Under the pieces are notes generated by a model. That model saw nothing but the letters and a program-made list of their open reading frames with translations, did not search any database and was not told where the DNA came from. From the IMG/VR virus record IMGVR_UViG_2687453414_000003: 64,000 nt of DNA. The stretch is one strand, 5' to 3'. Positions 36,312 to 45,722 of the stretch are shown here, in pieces. Position 1 is the stretch's first letter. Each line of letters opens with the position of its first letter. The DNA comes from an uncultured virus (IMG/VR IMGVR_UViG_2687453414_000003). Taxonomy: Duplodnaviria; Heunggongvirae; Uroviricota; Caudoviricetes. A program made the position numbers and the translations under genes.

Positions 36312-36318
36312 CGCGGGC

Positions 36319-36549
36319 CTAGTTCCCGGCGACGACCTGGTGGCACTGATACGTCACTGGATCGCACAACACCTGGTTGGTTGTCCAACCCCCGTAGGTG
36401 CCTGGCGTGTTCCAGGTCGGTTGTAGCGGCCCGTTGTAGCTGGGCTGGTATTGGCAGACGTTGAATGCTGCGCATGGCGGTTCCGCGGTGGCGGTGGGCG
36501 CGGCCAGGACGGCTAAGGCGATTAGGCCGGCCAGGGTTAGATGCTTCAT
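36319..36549 (-). CDS. Small secreted protein
   Basis: MKHLTLAGLIALAVLAAPTATA signal peptide; AAGGA RBS. Confidence 0.65.
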   Translation of the reverse strand: MKHLTLAGLIALAVLAAPTATAEPPCAAFNVCQYQPSYNGPLQPTWNTPGTYGGWTTNQVLCDPVTYQCHQVVAGN

Positions 36550-36908
36550 AACGTGGGTTCCTTTAAGGCTTGTGTCGCCGCCATCTCGGCGTAGCTGTCG
36601 AATAGGTCGGGCCAGTCGTCGCCGGGCTGTAGGGCTGATCCTGGGATGCGTCCGGTGACGACTGCGTATCGGACTCCGATGTGATCGACTCCCGCTGTGG
36701 CTAGCCAGCCAGCACATGCTTGTTCGCGGCCTTCTGTGGTCTTGTGGCAGGCGAACATGGGTGCGCCTAGTGGTGCTTCGTCACCGGCTGTGCCGGATGT
36801 GGTTCGGAGGGCTTCGTATCGTTCGGTGGGGAACATGCCGGGTGGTGTGTCTCGCCGCCATGGGCACTCGTTGCACGGGTAGAGGCGACGCGGTACGAGT
36901 TCTGACAT
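36546..36908 (-). CDS. Cys/His-rich protein (DUF6283-like)
   Basis: PC.ECPWRRD, FACH, CAGWL. Confidence 0.7.
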   Translation of the reverse strand: MSELVPRRLYPCNECPWRRDTPPGMFPTERYEALRTTSGTAGDEAPLGAPMFACHKTTEGREQACAGWLATAGVDHIGVRYAVVTGRIPGSALQPGDDWPDLFDSYAEMAATQALKEPTL

Positions 36909-37203
36909 GGTTCCCCCTTTCGGTGGGTTACTCTTGGGTAGTCCGGTTAAGCGGAAGCCCAGACCTATATTGCTTATTCAGCGAACCCCCCGGTTGGGTC
37001 GGTTCTCTGCTTAACCGGACAACTAACGTCCAGCTAGGATCTGTTCGCCCTGTTCAATTTGGTTTAAGCGCCGGTTCACGGCGTCTAGTTCTTCTTGACG
37101 TTCCGCTAGTTCGCGGACTAGTCGAGCCTTCACTTTGGTGAGGGTTTGTTTCTCGCCTTGCAATAGCTTGCGGATGGCCTCGCTAGGCATGTCCTTGATG
37201 CTG

Positions 37204-37452
37204 TTACGCATGAGCTTTCTGCTTCTTTCCGCGCGGCTTAGACTTGAGTGTGGCTTCTGCGTGTCTGTAGCCCTCTTCAAAGCCTTGGTTCAGTATTTCG
37301 TCGGCATATTCGGAGACGATGCGTTTGGCTTTGGCTTGGGTTTTTCTGAGTTGTTGGTTGTGTGCTTCCCGTTGCGCTTCAAGTTTGTGTGATGCGCCGA
37401 TTCCGACAACTAGTGCCATGAATCCGAATAGGACTGTTACGAGTAGTAGCAT
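37204..37452 (-). CDS. Membrane-anchored hypothetical protein
   Basis: N-terminal TM helix. Confidence 0.55.
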   Translation of the reverse strand: MLLLVTVLFGFMALVVGIGASHKLEAQREAHNQQLRKTQAKAKRIVSEYADEILNQGFEEGYRHAEATLKSKPRGKKQKAHA

Positions 37453-37497
37453 TTTAGTCGCCTTGGGATTAATAAGCTGTGCAGTGTGGTTGGTTGG

Positions 37498-37734
37498 TCA
37501 GCCGGTTATGTCGTCGGTATTGAGTGCGATGCTCAGGTTGAGCATGAGTTGAAGAAAGTTTGTTGTGTCTTGGTCATCGTTACCGGCTGCCATTGCGGAC
37601 AGTAGGGTTGTGGCCGCTTCTTCAATTTCCTTGAGCCTGTCGAGCTCGTAGGCTAGGTCATTGTCGGTGAAATTTTCGGAGAGGTTGAGTCGTTCTAAGC
37701 AGCGCTGCCGGATTTCATCTGTGGTTGTGCTCAT
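37498..37734 (-). CDS. Hypothetical protein
   Basis: AGGAG RBS. Confidence 0.6.
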   Translation of the reverse strand: MSTTTDEIRQRCLERLNLSENFTDNDLAYELDRLKEIEEAATTLLSAMAAGNDDQDTTNFLQLMLNLSIALNTDDITG

Positions 37735-37816
37735 TTCGGGTTCTCCTGCGGTTGGTTGGTGTCACTGTGACGTTTTATACCGTGGTCAGTGGTTCGTCTG
37801 ATTCGGTGACTTTTCA

Positions 37817-37846
37817 AGTGTACATAGCGTGTACATAATTTTGCAA
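37817..37846 (-). promoter_or_regulatory. SigA-like promoter with TGTACA-N5-TGTACA operator
   Basis: TTGCAA-18-TACACT; operator 37819-37835. Confidence 0.7.
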
Positions 37847-37852
37847 GGGTTT

Positions 37853-38068
37853 TCAGATATTTATTTGTGGTGTGACGCTGAATCGTGGGTTGCGTCCATT
37901 AAGAATGCTTTGAAGGGTGCCGCGTGGCATATCAACAAATTCGAGGATGTCGTTATACGAATATCCTCGCTCGTGTGCGTGTCGTATCTCATCGTAGAAG
38001 GCGAGGATGTCGGACTTGATTTGGTCTTGCGTCCTGGCTAGGTCGCGTAGGTTGACGGGTCGTGCCAT
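37853..38068 (-). CDS. Small HTH protein
   Basis: GYSYNDILEFVDMPRGTLQSIL HTH. Confidence 0.7.
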   Translation of the reverse strand: MARPVNLRDLARTQDQIKSDILAFYDEIRHAHERGYSYNDILEFVDMPRGTLQSILNGRNPRFSVTPQINI

Positions 38069-38113
38069 GCGGTTACGGTACCTGGCTAGCGCGCTAAGCA
38101 TGATCGCCCTCGC

Positions 38114-38680
38114 TTAGGTGTTGTCTTTTAGTGCGCGGTCGTAGATGTCCTTCGGCACGCACTCCCACGGCACGGCGTCTAGCTCGCGCTTGTACTGGTC
38201 ACGCTCGGCTTTAACGGTCTCTAGCTCGGCCTCGGCCTGCGTGCGCAACGCGTGTGGTGTCTGACCCTCCGACTTTGCGACATAGAACACGTAGCGGTGG
38301 CGAGTTTCTGGGTCACGCACCGTGGTTTCGATGTAGTTCTTAGCGTCGGGCTCTTGGGTAAACCAGATCTTCGCCATGCCTACGAGGATGTCGGTCAGGT
38401 ATTCGGGTATACCAAAACCTGCACCGTTAGGGCCTAATTCGGTCACGAGCGCGTCAACTTCGGCGCGTAGGTGCTGCTTAACCTCGGCGTACTTCTTAGC
38501 CTTCTTGGGGGACTTGTGGCGCTGTTCGTCGGGGATTTCCAGCACTAGTCGGCGCTCGCTGCGCCAGTCAGTGCCGTCATCCTTGATCATTGTGCCGGGC
38601 CATGTCTTGCCGATGATGTTGATTAGGGTGCCGGTTATGTCGATTGGTAGGGGTAGTTCAATCCTTATCTGGGTAGGCAT
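38114..38680 (-). CDS. Hypothetical protein
   Basis: 188-aa ORF in the leftward operon. Confidence 0.6.
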   Translation of the reverse strand: MPTQIRIELPLPIDITGTLINIIGKTWPGTMIKDDGTDWRSERRLVLEIPDEQRHKSPKKAKKYAEVKQHLRAEVDALVTELGPNGAGFGIPEYLTDILVGMAKIWFTQEPDAKNYIETTVRDPETRHRYVFYVAKSEGQTPHALRTQAEAELETVKAERDQYKRELDAVPWECVPKDIYDRALKDNT

Positions 38681-39178
38681 GGTTTAAGCCAAATCTTCCG
38701 GGTCGTATTCGTACCAGTTGCCATCCTCGTCTAGGTACGTCACCCCGCCCGCGTTGGCGTAGTCAGGAATCATATTGTTTTCGAACTGGAATAAGGCAAC
38801 GGAGTAGATGGCGTCCAGAATGGCCTGTCCGGTGGCCGGGTCTGGCACTGATTGTTCCCATGCCTTGCCGGGGACTTGGTGGGTGTACCAGACGCGAAAT
38901 TCTGTAGGTGTCTGCACGTTTGTTCCTTTCGGGTTGTGTCTGCCATAACCGGCCACGGGTGTTAAACCGTGACCGATTAAAGCGGACCAGCACCAACCAA
39001 ACCGCTTAGTCTTTTACCAGGCGATGAGTACGCCGAAAATACGGAGCGCACGCACAGTCTGAGTACTGCCCCTCTTGTTATCCATGTCGTCTTGGTAGTC
39101 GATGGATTGACGGAAGACGTTAAACGTCGTCTTGCGATAAGTAATGTGCTTGGTTGTGATCTTCATTTCAACCTTTCA

Positions 39179-39213
39179 TTTCGTCCAGCTTGGCGATTAA
39201 AAGCTGTGCAGAG
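39179..39213. repeat. 35-bp direct repeat, copy 2
   Basis: Identical to 36277-36311. Confidence 0.9.
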
Positions 39214-39756
39214 TAGACGGGGTAGGGGTAAGCGAACGGGTTAGGCCGGTGGCCGGCTAGGTGCTTAGCGCTTTGCGCGCTTCTGCGAGCCATCTGTCCC
39301 AGTGCCATGACGGAAGGCCGATAACATTGTCTTCCGGGTCCAAGATGAGGCGCGCGGCCTTGCGGATTGACTGGACTTCAACCCACATCGCTAGATCTGT
39401 GAATTTCATGCGCTCCATGTCACATGCTGTGGCCGGTTCCGGGACATTCAGGTATGCGGCCCGGTATTCGGCGTAGGAGTTGAGTAGTGCGGCTAGCTTC
39501 TGTACGTCAGCCATTGGCCTTGCTCCTTAGTTGTGTGTGGTTCATCGGCCTAGCGCCAACCACAAGCCGAGACCCATGCCTAGTAGAAACATGATTTGGG
39601 AATACAACCAAAACGAAAAGAAGTCCTTCATTTGCCTTGCTTCCGTACATATTTGGCTGCGGCTAGCAGTGCGGCCGCAATGGTCTCGGCATCATCGGGG
39701 TTGTCGATCACGCTCGGTATGAGGGCTTCTGGAATTTCCTTACTGGTCATGGACGG

Positions 39757-40593
39757 TTAGTCCTTAATCAAGTTCAATTTGCGCAGAGTGTCGATGACAG
39801 AGAACGTATCGTCATCGTCCTTAAGCGGAGGAATGATGGTTGAGCCCTCGGGGTAATCTGGCTCCCACCTATAAGTGTGGCCAGCATGATTGCCGTAGAA
39901 ACTTCCCACGCCCACAGCGTCATGCCAATCACTCGGTAGAGAATGATCGGCATTCCAACCTAGAACCCGGTTGTATGCGGCGTGGGTAAACGCGAACATG
40001 ACGCTACCGCTATCGTAAAAGTCACCGGGTGCCTTAATACGCACAGAGGTTCGGGCTGTTTTAGGCCCGCTCGTCGCATTGATAGACCTGTCAGCCCAAA
40101 TCTCAGTGGTTGCGCCCGTGGCCTCGATTGCCTCAATAAGCGCGACTACCTTCTGGCCGCGTAACTTGATTGCCTTTTGGCTGACCATCCAGGGGACGGC
40201 AGTCCCGATAACAAGTGACACAACCCGTTCTGGACGCTGCATGTCTTCCACGCGGTAGTCAATCATGCATTCAGGCTCACCAGCGAGATATAACGCTACG
40301 TCAACATCCGTGCCCGATACGTGCCATTCACTGCTGAAAGCCTGATAGTTGAGCTGACCTTCCAAATCTTTAAGTTGACCGGCGGCGATAGACAGGGCCT
40401 CGATACCCTCACGCTGCAAACCCTCGCGCGCCATATCTAAGGCGTGGTCAAGGTCTCTGGCTCCGCCGAAAAAATCCCGCTCGCGGTTAGACATTCGTGT
40501 ACTGCGGTAGTCCTTTTTAGCGTTGTGTTCTATAAATTCCTGTAGAGAGTTAAACACTAAGCGTGCGTGGTTGCCGTCAATTTCGGTACGCAT
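39757..40593 (-). CDS. Putative VWA-like partner of the AAA ATPase
   Basis: DVDVALYLAGEPECM motif; alpha/beta C-terminal region; adjacent to a MoxR-like ATPase. Confidence 0.6.
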   Translation of the reverse strand: MRTEIDGNHARLVFNSLQEFIEHNAKKDYRSTRMSNRERDFFGGARDLDHALDMAREGLQREGIEALSIAAGQLKDLEGQLNYQAFSSEWHVSGTDVDVALYLAGEPECMIDYRVEDMQRPERVVSLVIGTAVPWMVSQKAIKLRGQKVVALIEAIEATGATTEIWADRSINATSGPKTARTSVRIKAPGDFYDSGSVMFAFTHAAYNRVLGWNADHSLPSDWHDAVGVGSFYGNHAGHTYRWEPDYPEGSTIIPPLKDDDDTFSVIDTLRKLNLIKD

Positions 40594-40667
40594 TGGGTGG
40601 TCCTTAGGATTGTGGTTGGATTTTGGCAAGGGGCACCCAATAGGGTTATCGGATGCCCCGCGACTAG

Positions 40668-41858
40668 TCAGCGGGTCAGCTTGGCCCACACGTCGTCACC
40701 GATACCGCCACGCACCCAAATATCAACCGATTCGTCCCATGACAGGTCAGCTAGCAGCGCGTTGCACATGCCCTTGCTGGCACGCGGAGACAGGATTACT
40801 GGCAATCCGTTGTCAATGGCGGACTTGCGAAGCTTGCGAACGTAGGTCAACACCTTGTCAATGGTGGTCTGACTCGCTCCGGTCCCGTGGCAGATAGCGG
40901 ACTCTAGGGCCTCGTCGTAGCCGATAAACACCTTGCCGAAACGATCAAGAAATGCGGCATCCAGCTTATTGGAACCAACGTACTGTGCGTTAGGCCCGAG
41001 GCCGTATGTGTTGGCAGACGCGAACGCCACAAAGCCAGCGCCACGCTTAACGTTGCCATCCGGGAACGTCATACTCCCGTTAGCGAGCGCACTGTTTACC
41101 ACAGCCAGAATGCCGGGGTGCCCTTTATCGACCTCATCGAAATGAAATGCTTGCCCGTGCTCAAATGCCTCACGGAACGGCGTACGTACATAGTTGCCGT
41201 TGGCGTCCATGTAGCCGAGCAGCTGGCTAGCGGGTGTCTGCGGAGAAAGGCTAATGCTGTAGCACTTGAGACCCAAGGCTTCCGCGGCTTGTTCTGCAAT
41301 CGTTGACTTGCCAGTCCCCGCAGGTCCGACCATCATTACGTGCTCGCTCTGTGCGACTGCAACGACTGTTGCCAGCTTGGAATGCGTGGTGCCTTCGATA
41401 CTTTTTGTTTCGCCATCGCGGACAACGACAGTGCGTGTCGGGTACACAACACCGTTGATCACCTCGCGGGCGATGCGCTCCACCTCGGCGTGGTCGATTG
41501 CCTTGGGGGCACCGAAAATATCCTGCAACGCCTGCATAGCGGCTTGCGCCTTGTTGGCATCCATAGCGGGTGTCTGCGCGGTAGCCGTTGCGGTTGCCTG
41601 GGTGATCGCGGGCACGGTTTCGCGTGGTGGCTGAGCCGTGGTGATCACCTGCACACCCGAGCATTCGTGCAAGGTCTCATCGTAGTTCAACAGAACGTCA
41701 TCGCCCACGCGCATACCGCAGTCATCGCACCAATTCTCATTAACGGCATCATCGGCAACGATGTGGCCCTTGTAGAGGTTCATTGCGCCGCATCCCTCGC
41801 ATGGGGTGCGCAGCGTGCGCTTGGAATGCTTGACGTAAGTGATTGTCGCGGTGGTCAT
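40668..41858 (-). CDS. MoxR/CbbQ-like AAA+ ATPase with N-terminal Zn ribbon
   Basis: GPAGTGKS, FDEVD, ASANTYG, LDAAFLDRF, SPRA; CEGC and CDDC. Confidence 0.9.
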   Translation of the reverse strand: MTTATITYVKHSKRTLRTPCEGCGAMNLYKGHIVADDAVNENWCDDCGMRVGDDVLLNYDETLHECSGVQVITTAQPPRETVPAITQATATATAQTPAMDANKAQAAMQALQDIFGAPKAIDHAEVERIAREVINGVVYPTRTVVVRDGETKSIEGTTHSKLATVVAVAQSEHVMMVGPAGTGKSTIAEQAAEALGLKCYSISLSPQTPASQLLGYMDANGNYVRTPFREAFEHGQAFHFDEVDKGHPGILAVVNSALANGSMTFPDGNVKRGAGFVAFASANTYGLGPNAQYVGSNKLDAAFLDRFGKVFIGYDEALESAICHGTGASQTTIDKVLTYVRKLRKSAIDNGLPVILSPRASKGMCNALLADLSWDESVDIWVRGGIGDDVWAKLTR

Positions 41859-41913
41859 AAGCTGGTCGCCTTTACTTGGGTTGAAAAGTGGTTGGTTGGT
41901 TGGTGTGGTTAAG

Positions 41914-41942
41914 ACTGTACATGCCGTGTACAACCGGCGCAA
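41914..41942 (-). promoter_or_regulatory. SigA-like promoter with TGTACA-N5-TGTACA operator
   Basis: TTGCGC-17-TACAGT; operator 41916-41932. Confidence 0.7.
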
Positions 41943-41946
41943 GTAC

Positions 41947-42213
41947 TTACGCACTTTGGGTGTCGTACTCCCAGTCCCAATTGCGTTCGTCTCCGAACTC
42001 GTCGTATTCGTCGGTGACAGCCACGCGGGCGGCGAGGAGTGCGTCACGGTCAGCCGTGGTCAATGGCACGTACGCAATAGGCCCTGTACCGCCCGCTGGC
42101 TTAACCATCGCGGTCTCATGGGTAGGCGATACCCAAGTGACAGTGCCGGTGATTTGAGTGCCCGTTTGTGGGTGAGTGATTGTCACGGTGTTGCCCTCGG
42201 TGTACACGTTCAT
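41947..42213 (-). CDS. Hypothetical protein
   Basis: 88-aa ORF. Confidence 0.55.
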   Translation of the reverse strand: MNVYTEGNTVTITHPQTGTQITGTVTWVSPTHETAMVKPAGGTGPIAYVPLTTADRDALLAARVAVTDEYDEFGDERNWDWEYDTQSA

Positions 42214-42598
42214 TTGTCCCCGCTTAGATGGTATGGGTTAGTGCTGTGAGCTTGCGCGCTGCTGTCGCGACCGGATATCCAACAGTGCCGTCCGGGTAGT
42301 CAACATAGACGTAGGGATAACGCCCATTTTCGATCTTGGCTACCTTTCCGACGCCATCTATTTTCGATGACACTGTGTCGCCTATCTTGAATGCCATTGT
42401 TTCTATCCTTGGTATGTAGTAGGGGATTAGGCGCAACGCTTACAGTTGCGAGAATTCTTGCTTTGACGTGATGCGTAGATGCAGTCATTCGGCTGGTGAC
42501 CATGAACGTAAGACCATGCGCCACCACTGCGGCAATCTGCACATTGGCAGGCGCGGGGAAATTTAAACTCGGGTTCGTAATCGTCCGTGTTCATCTAT

Positions 42599-42880
42599 CT
42601 AGCCCTTATCGGTAGTAGAGGGCGAACGCTCGGCAGATGAATCACCGGCATCCTCTAAATGCTCGTCAATGTCCTCACCCGTGCTGCCCAGATGCTCAGA
42701 AACCCACACATCGGCAATCTCGGCGTGACCGAGCGCCCGAAATAGATTTGCAAGCGCTTCCACCTCGGCGCAATTAAGCCCAGGCGCAATCTCAGAGGCT
42801 AAACCGCCATCACCAAATGCATCCGTGAACTTGTAAACCGAATCAAGCAAGTTCGGCCTAACACTAGTAGCCATATTCAT
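42599..42880 (-). CDS. Hypothetical protein (first gene of the leftward operon)
   Basis: GGAG RBS. Confidence 0.6.
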   Translation of the reverse strand: MNMATSVRPNLLDSVYKFTDAFGDGGLASEIAPGLNCAEVEALANLFRALGHAEIADVWVSEHLGSTGEDIDEHLEDAGDSSAERSPSTTDKG

Positions 42881-42927
42881 AGTGCTGGTCTCCCGTGGTC
42901 AATGGGTAAGTGGTTGGTATGCGCATG

Positions 42928-42956
42928 ACTGTACAGGGCATGTACAGCTTAGGCAA
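42928..42956 (-). promoter_or_regulatory. SigA-like promoter with TGTACA-N5-TGTACA operator
   Basis: TTGCCT-17-TACAGT; operator 42930-42946; second site 43009-43025. Confidence 0.7.
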
Positions 42957-43581
42957 TACCTAAGCGCTAAACAGTGGGCCACCAGTGCATATGTGACCAC
43001 AACTCGCATGTACGGGGCATGTACACATACACCTCTATCCACCCATGCGCAGGGCCTTAACCCACACGCACACCTAAGCCACTACACACACCCCGCATGC
43101 AGGCCGACAGCAACGTAGCCAAAGCGCCCCCAACAGCCATAACACCGCAGTTCGCAGGCAAACAACGCAAACACACAGGCCAGACCACACACAGCCACAC
43201 GAAACACTTAGGCAAAACGACCACACCTAGCTAACACGCTAAGCCGGCAAAGTAACCGCATAACCGCAGGTCAAGGCGTGCCTTAGACCCCCTGGGGGGC
43301 TACCCGCGCGCCTGTGTGGCACACGCCTCGAACGGCCAGCGACCGCTCTCTCTCCGGCTGAAATGAGCCTGAGGGGGCCATCGTGGGGTGCTGGAAAACC
43401 GCTGGTCGCACTTCTTAAGCCGCAGGTGGGGTAGATATGGCAATGCCCCGGCGGCACTGAGCTTGGCTCAGCGTGCCTCCCACCGGGGCATCTATCGGCC
43501 TGGCAAGAAACCGAATCAGTGACATGGATAAAGCAACCGCGACGCTACAGGTCGCATATGAGCAGTGCAAGGGGGTGGTCG

Positions 43582-43941
43582 ATGGACGACAAGGTTCCTG
43601 TGGAGCTGGGGGAGTCTGGCCGGGATCTATGGGCTGGGGTCGCTAATGGTCGGGGGATGACTGCGGCGTCGCGGGCGCTTCTGCTGAATGCGTGCCGGAT
43701 GGCTGATCGGCTTGACGATTTGGTGGAGAAGATCGGGGATCGGCTGACGGTGATTAATCACCAGGGTACGGAGACTATTAATCCGCTTATTGCGGAGCAT
43801 CGGATGCAGTACACGGCGCTGGCGCAGGTGTTGGCGAAGATGGGCGTGGCTGAGTTGCCTAAGCCGAAGTCGGATAAGAAGTCGTCGCGGGATGAGTTGG
43901 CGGCTAAGCGCGCTGCTCGGGTGGCCGCGAAGGCGGATTAG
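43582..43941 (+). CDS. Terminase small subunit
   Basis: LGESGRDLW...LLNACRMADRLD...NPLIAEHR...DELAAKR pattern; position. Confidence 0.8.
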   Translation: MDDKVPVELGESGRDLWAGVANGRGMTAASRALLLNACRMADRLDDLVEKIGDRLTVINHQGTETINPLIAEHRMQYTALAQVLAKMGVAELPKPKSDKKSSRDELAAKRAARVAAKAD

Positions 43942-44124
43942 TGGCTCGGATGTTGGGGCGTCACGTTCGTGAGCCTTTGTTTTGTTTCTACGGCTGGAAA
44001 TGCGTGTGTGAGCGTGGCCGGGTGAAGGCCCATCGCCGCAGTAGTGGCCGGAATGTTGATTTGTCACGTCGTATTCGTCGGCGCAGGGAGGCGCGCGAAT
44101 GGTTGCGTGAGGCTTGGGGGGATT

Positions 44125-44874
44125 ATGACGGCGGTATTAGAGCCGGAGGCCGAGACTCGCCATGAGGGTCTAATCGGTGTTCAGCGTCCGCGTATTGAGC
44201 ATTTCCCGGCTTATTTTACGACGCTCGGGGATGACGCTATCGACTTGTGTAATCAGTTTGGCTTGGATTTGCTTCCGTGGCAAGAGCTGCTGGTTAGGCA
44301 GTCGCTAGGTCAAAAGGGGAGTTCTACCGGGGACTCTGAGATTGACAAGTTTACGAGCGGGATTACTTGGCAATGGTGCGCGTCTACCTGTTGCCTTATT
44401 GCCCCTCGCCAAAATGGCAAGAATGTGTGCGTTTATGCGCGGCAGCTGGCGGGTTTGTATCTGCTGGGTGAGCGCATTATGCATTCGGCGCACGAGTTCG
44501 ATACCGCTAAGGATGCTCACCGTGAGTTGACGGCGATTATCGCTGGCGATGAGGACTTGGAGGATGAGTGCAAGCTGCCTCACAAGATCGGGGCGGCTGA
44601 GCTTTCGGTAGTGCATAAGGAGTCGGGGGGCTTCATTCACTACGTTGCGCGCGGCAAGAACGCTAAGCGTGGTCGTACTCGCGTGGATCTGATGATTCTT
44701 GACGAGGCGTTTGCGCTGGATAACGACATGATGGGTTCGTTGTCGCCGCTACAGCAGGCGTCTAAGAATCCGCAGACTTGGTTGACCACCTCTGCCGGCA
44801 CCGATGACTCGGATGTCTTGAAACGTATGCGCGAGTACGGCATGACGTTGGCCGGATTGCGGGACGCGGCATGA
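44125..44874 (+). CDS. Terminase large subunit, ATPase part
   Basis: LLPWQ, PRQNGK, HSAH, LDEA, TSAG. Confidence 0.9.
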   Translation: MTAVLEPEAETRHEGLIGVQRPRIEHFPAYFTTLGDDAIDLCNQFGLDLLPWQELLVRQSLGQKGSSTGDSEIDKFTSGITWQWCASTCCLIAPRQNGKNVCVYARQLAGLYLLGERIMHSAHEFDTAKDAHRELTAIIAGDEDLEDECKLPHKIGAAELSVVHKESGGFIHYVARGKNAKRGRTRVDLMILDEAFALDNDMMGSLSPLQQASKNPQTWLTTSAGTDDSDVLKRMREYGMTLAGLRDAA

Positions 44875-45722
44875 CGGCAGTCGAGTATGACGATCCGCCG
44901 TTTCTGTTCGCGGAGTGGTCATGCGCTGAGGGTTCGGACCCTGCCGATTTCGAGAACTGGAAGATCGCTAATCCGTCGCTAGGCGTTAAGGGCATCGCTC
45001 CGGTGTCGGCTTTGCGTGAGGACTTCGAGGTCAAGATGGACCTCCAGCAGTTCGCGCGTGAGCACTTGGGTATGTGGGACGACCCGCGCATGAATTCGGT
45101 TATCCCGTTTGAGGCTTGGGTGGCGTGTCAGCTGGATGACGTTCCCGATCCGGATGAGCCGGGTTCTATGCGGCCTCCGGTGGTGGATCTGGGGATGGTT
45201 GTTGCGTCGGTTGATGTGGCACCTGATCAGGCTTGGGCGTCTATTGCTATTGCGGGTAAGCGTCCTGATGGCCGGTCGCATATCGAGTTGGTTTGGGCGG
45301 CGGGCGGCACGGCGTGGGTGTTGCCGATGATGCAGCGACTTATCTCGTCTTCTAAGCCTCCGGTGGCGGTGGCTGTTCAGGCGGGTGCTGCTGCGGGTGC
45401 GTTGGGTCCGGAGCTTGAGCAGATCGGTTTGAAGGTCCGCTATTTCGGTACTCAGGATATTGCGCAGTCTACGGCGCAGTTTTACACAGACATTATTGAT
45501 CAGAAGCTAACCCATTTGGACGATGACGCTCTATTTGAGTGTTTGGCGGGTGCGGCTAAATATCCGATTGGTAAGCCGGAGCTTGAGCAGTGGGGCTGGC
45601 TCCGTAAGAGCACGTCTACCGATATTACGGGGATTGTTGCCGCTTGCTATGCAAATCGGCTTTTGACGTTGGAGGACGTTGAGGTGACGCTTAACGCTCC
45701 AAAGAAACATAGGTTGCTTTGA
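44871..45722 (+). CDS. Terminase large subunit, nuclease part
   Basis: EWS, W..ANPSLG, FAREHLG.W, VDVAPD, DIT. Confidence 0.88.
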   Translation: MTAVEYDDPPFLFAEWSCAEGSDPADFENWKIANPSLGVKGIAPVSALREDFEVKMDLQQFAREHLGMWDDPRMNSVIPFEAWVACQLDDVPDPDEPGSMRPPVVDLGMVVASVDVAPDQAWASIAIAGKRPDGRSHIELVWAAGGTAWVLPMMQRLISSSKPPVAVAVQAGAAAGALGPELEQIGLKVRYFGTQDIAQSTAQFYTDIIDQKLTHLDDDALFECLAGAAKYPIGKPELEQWGWLRKSTSTDITGIVAACYANRLLTLEDVEVTLNAPKKHRLL

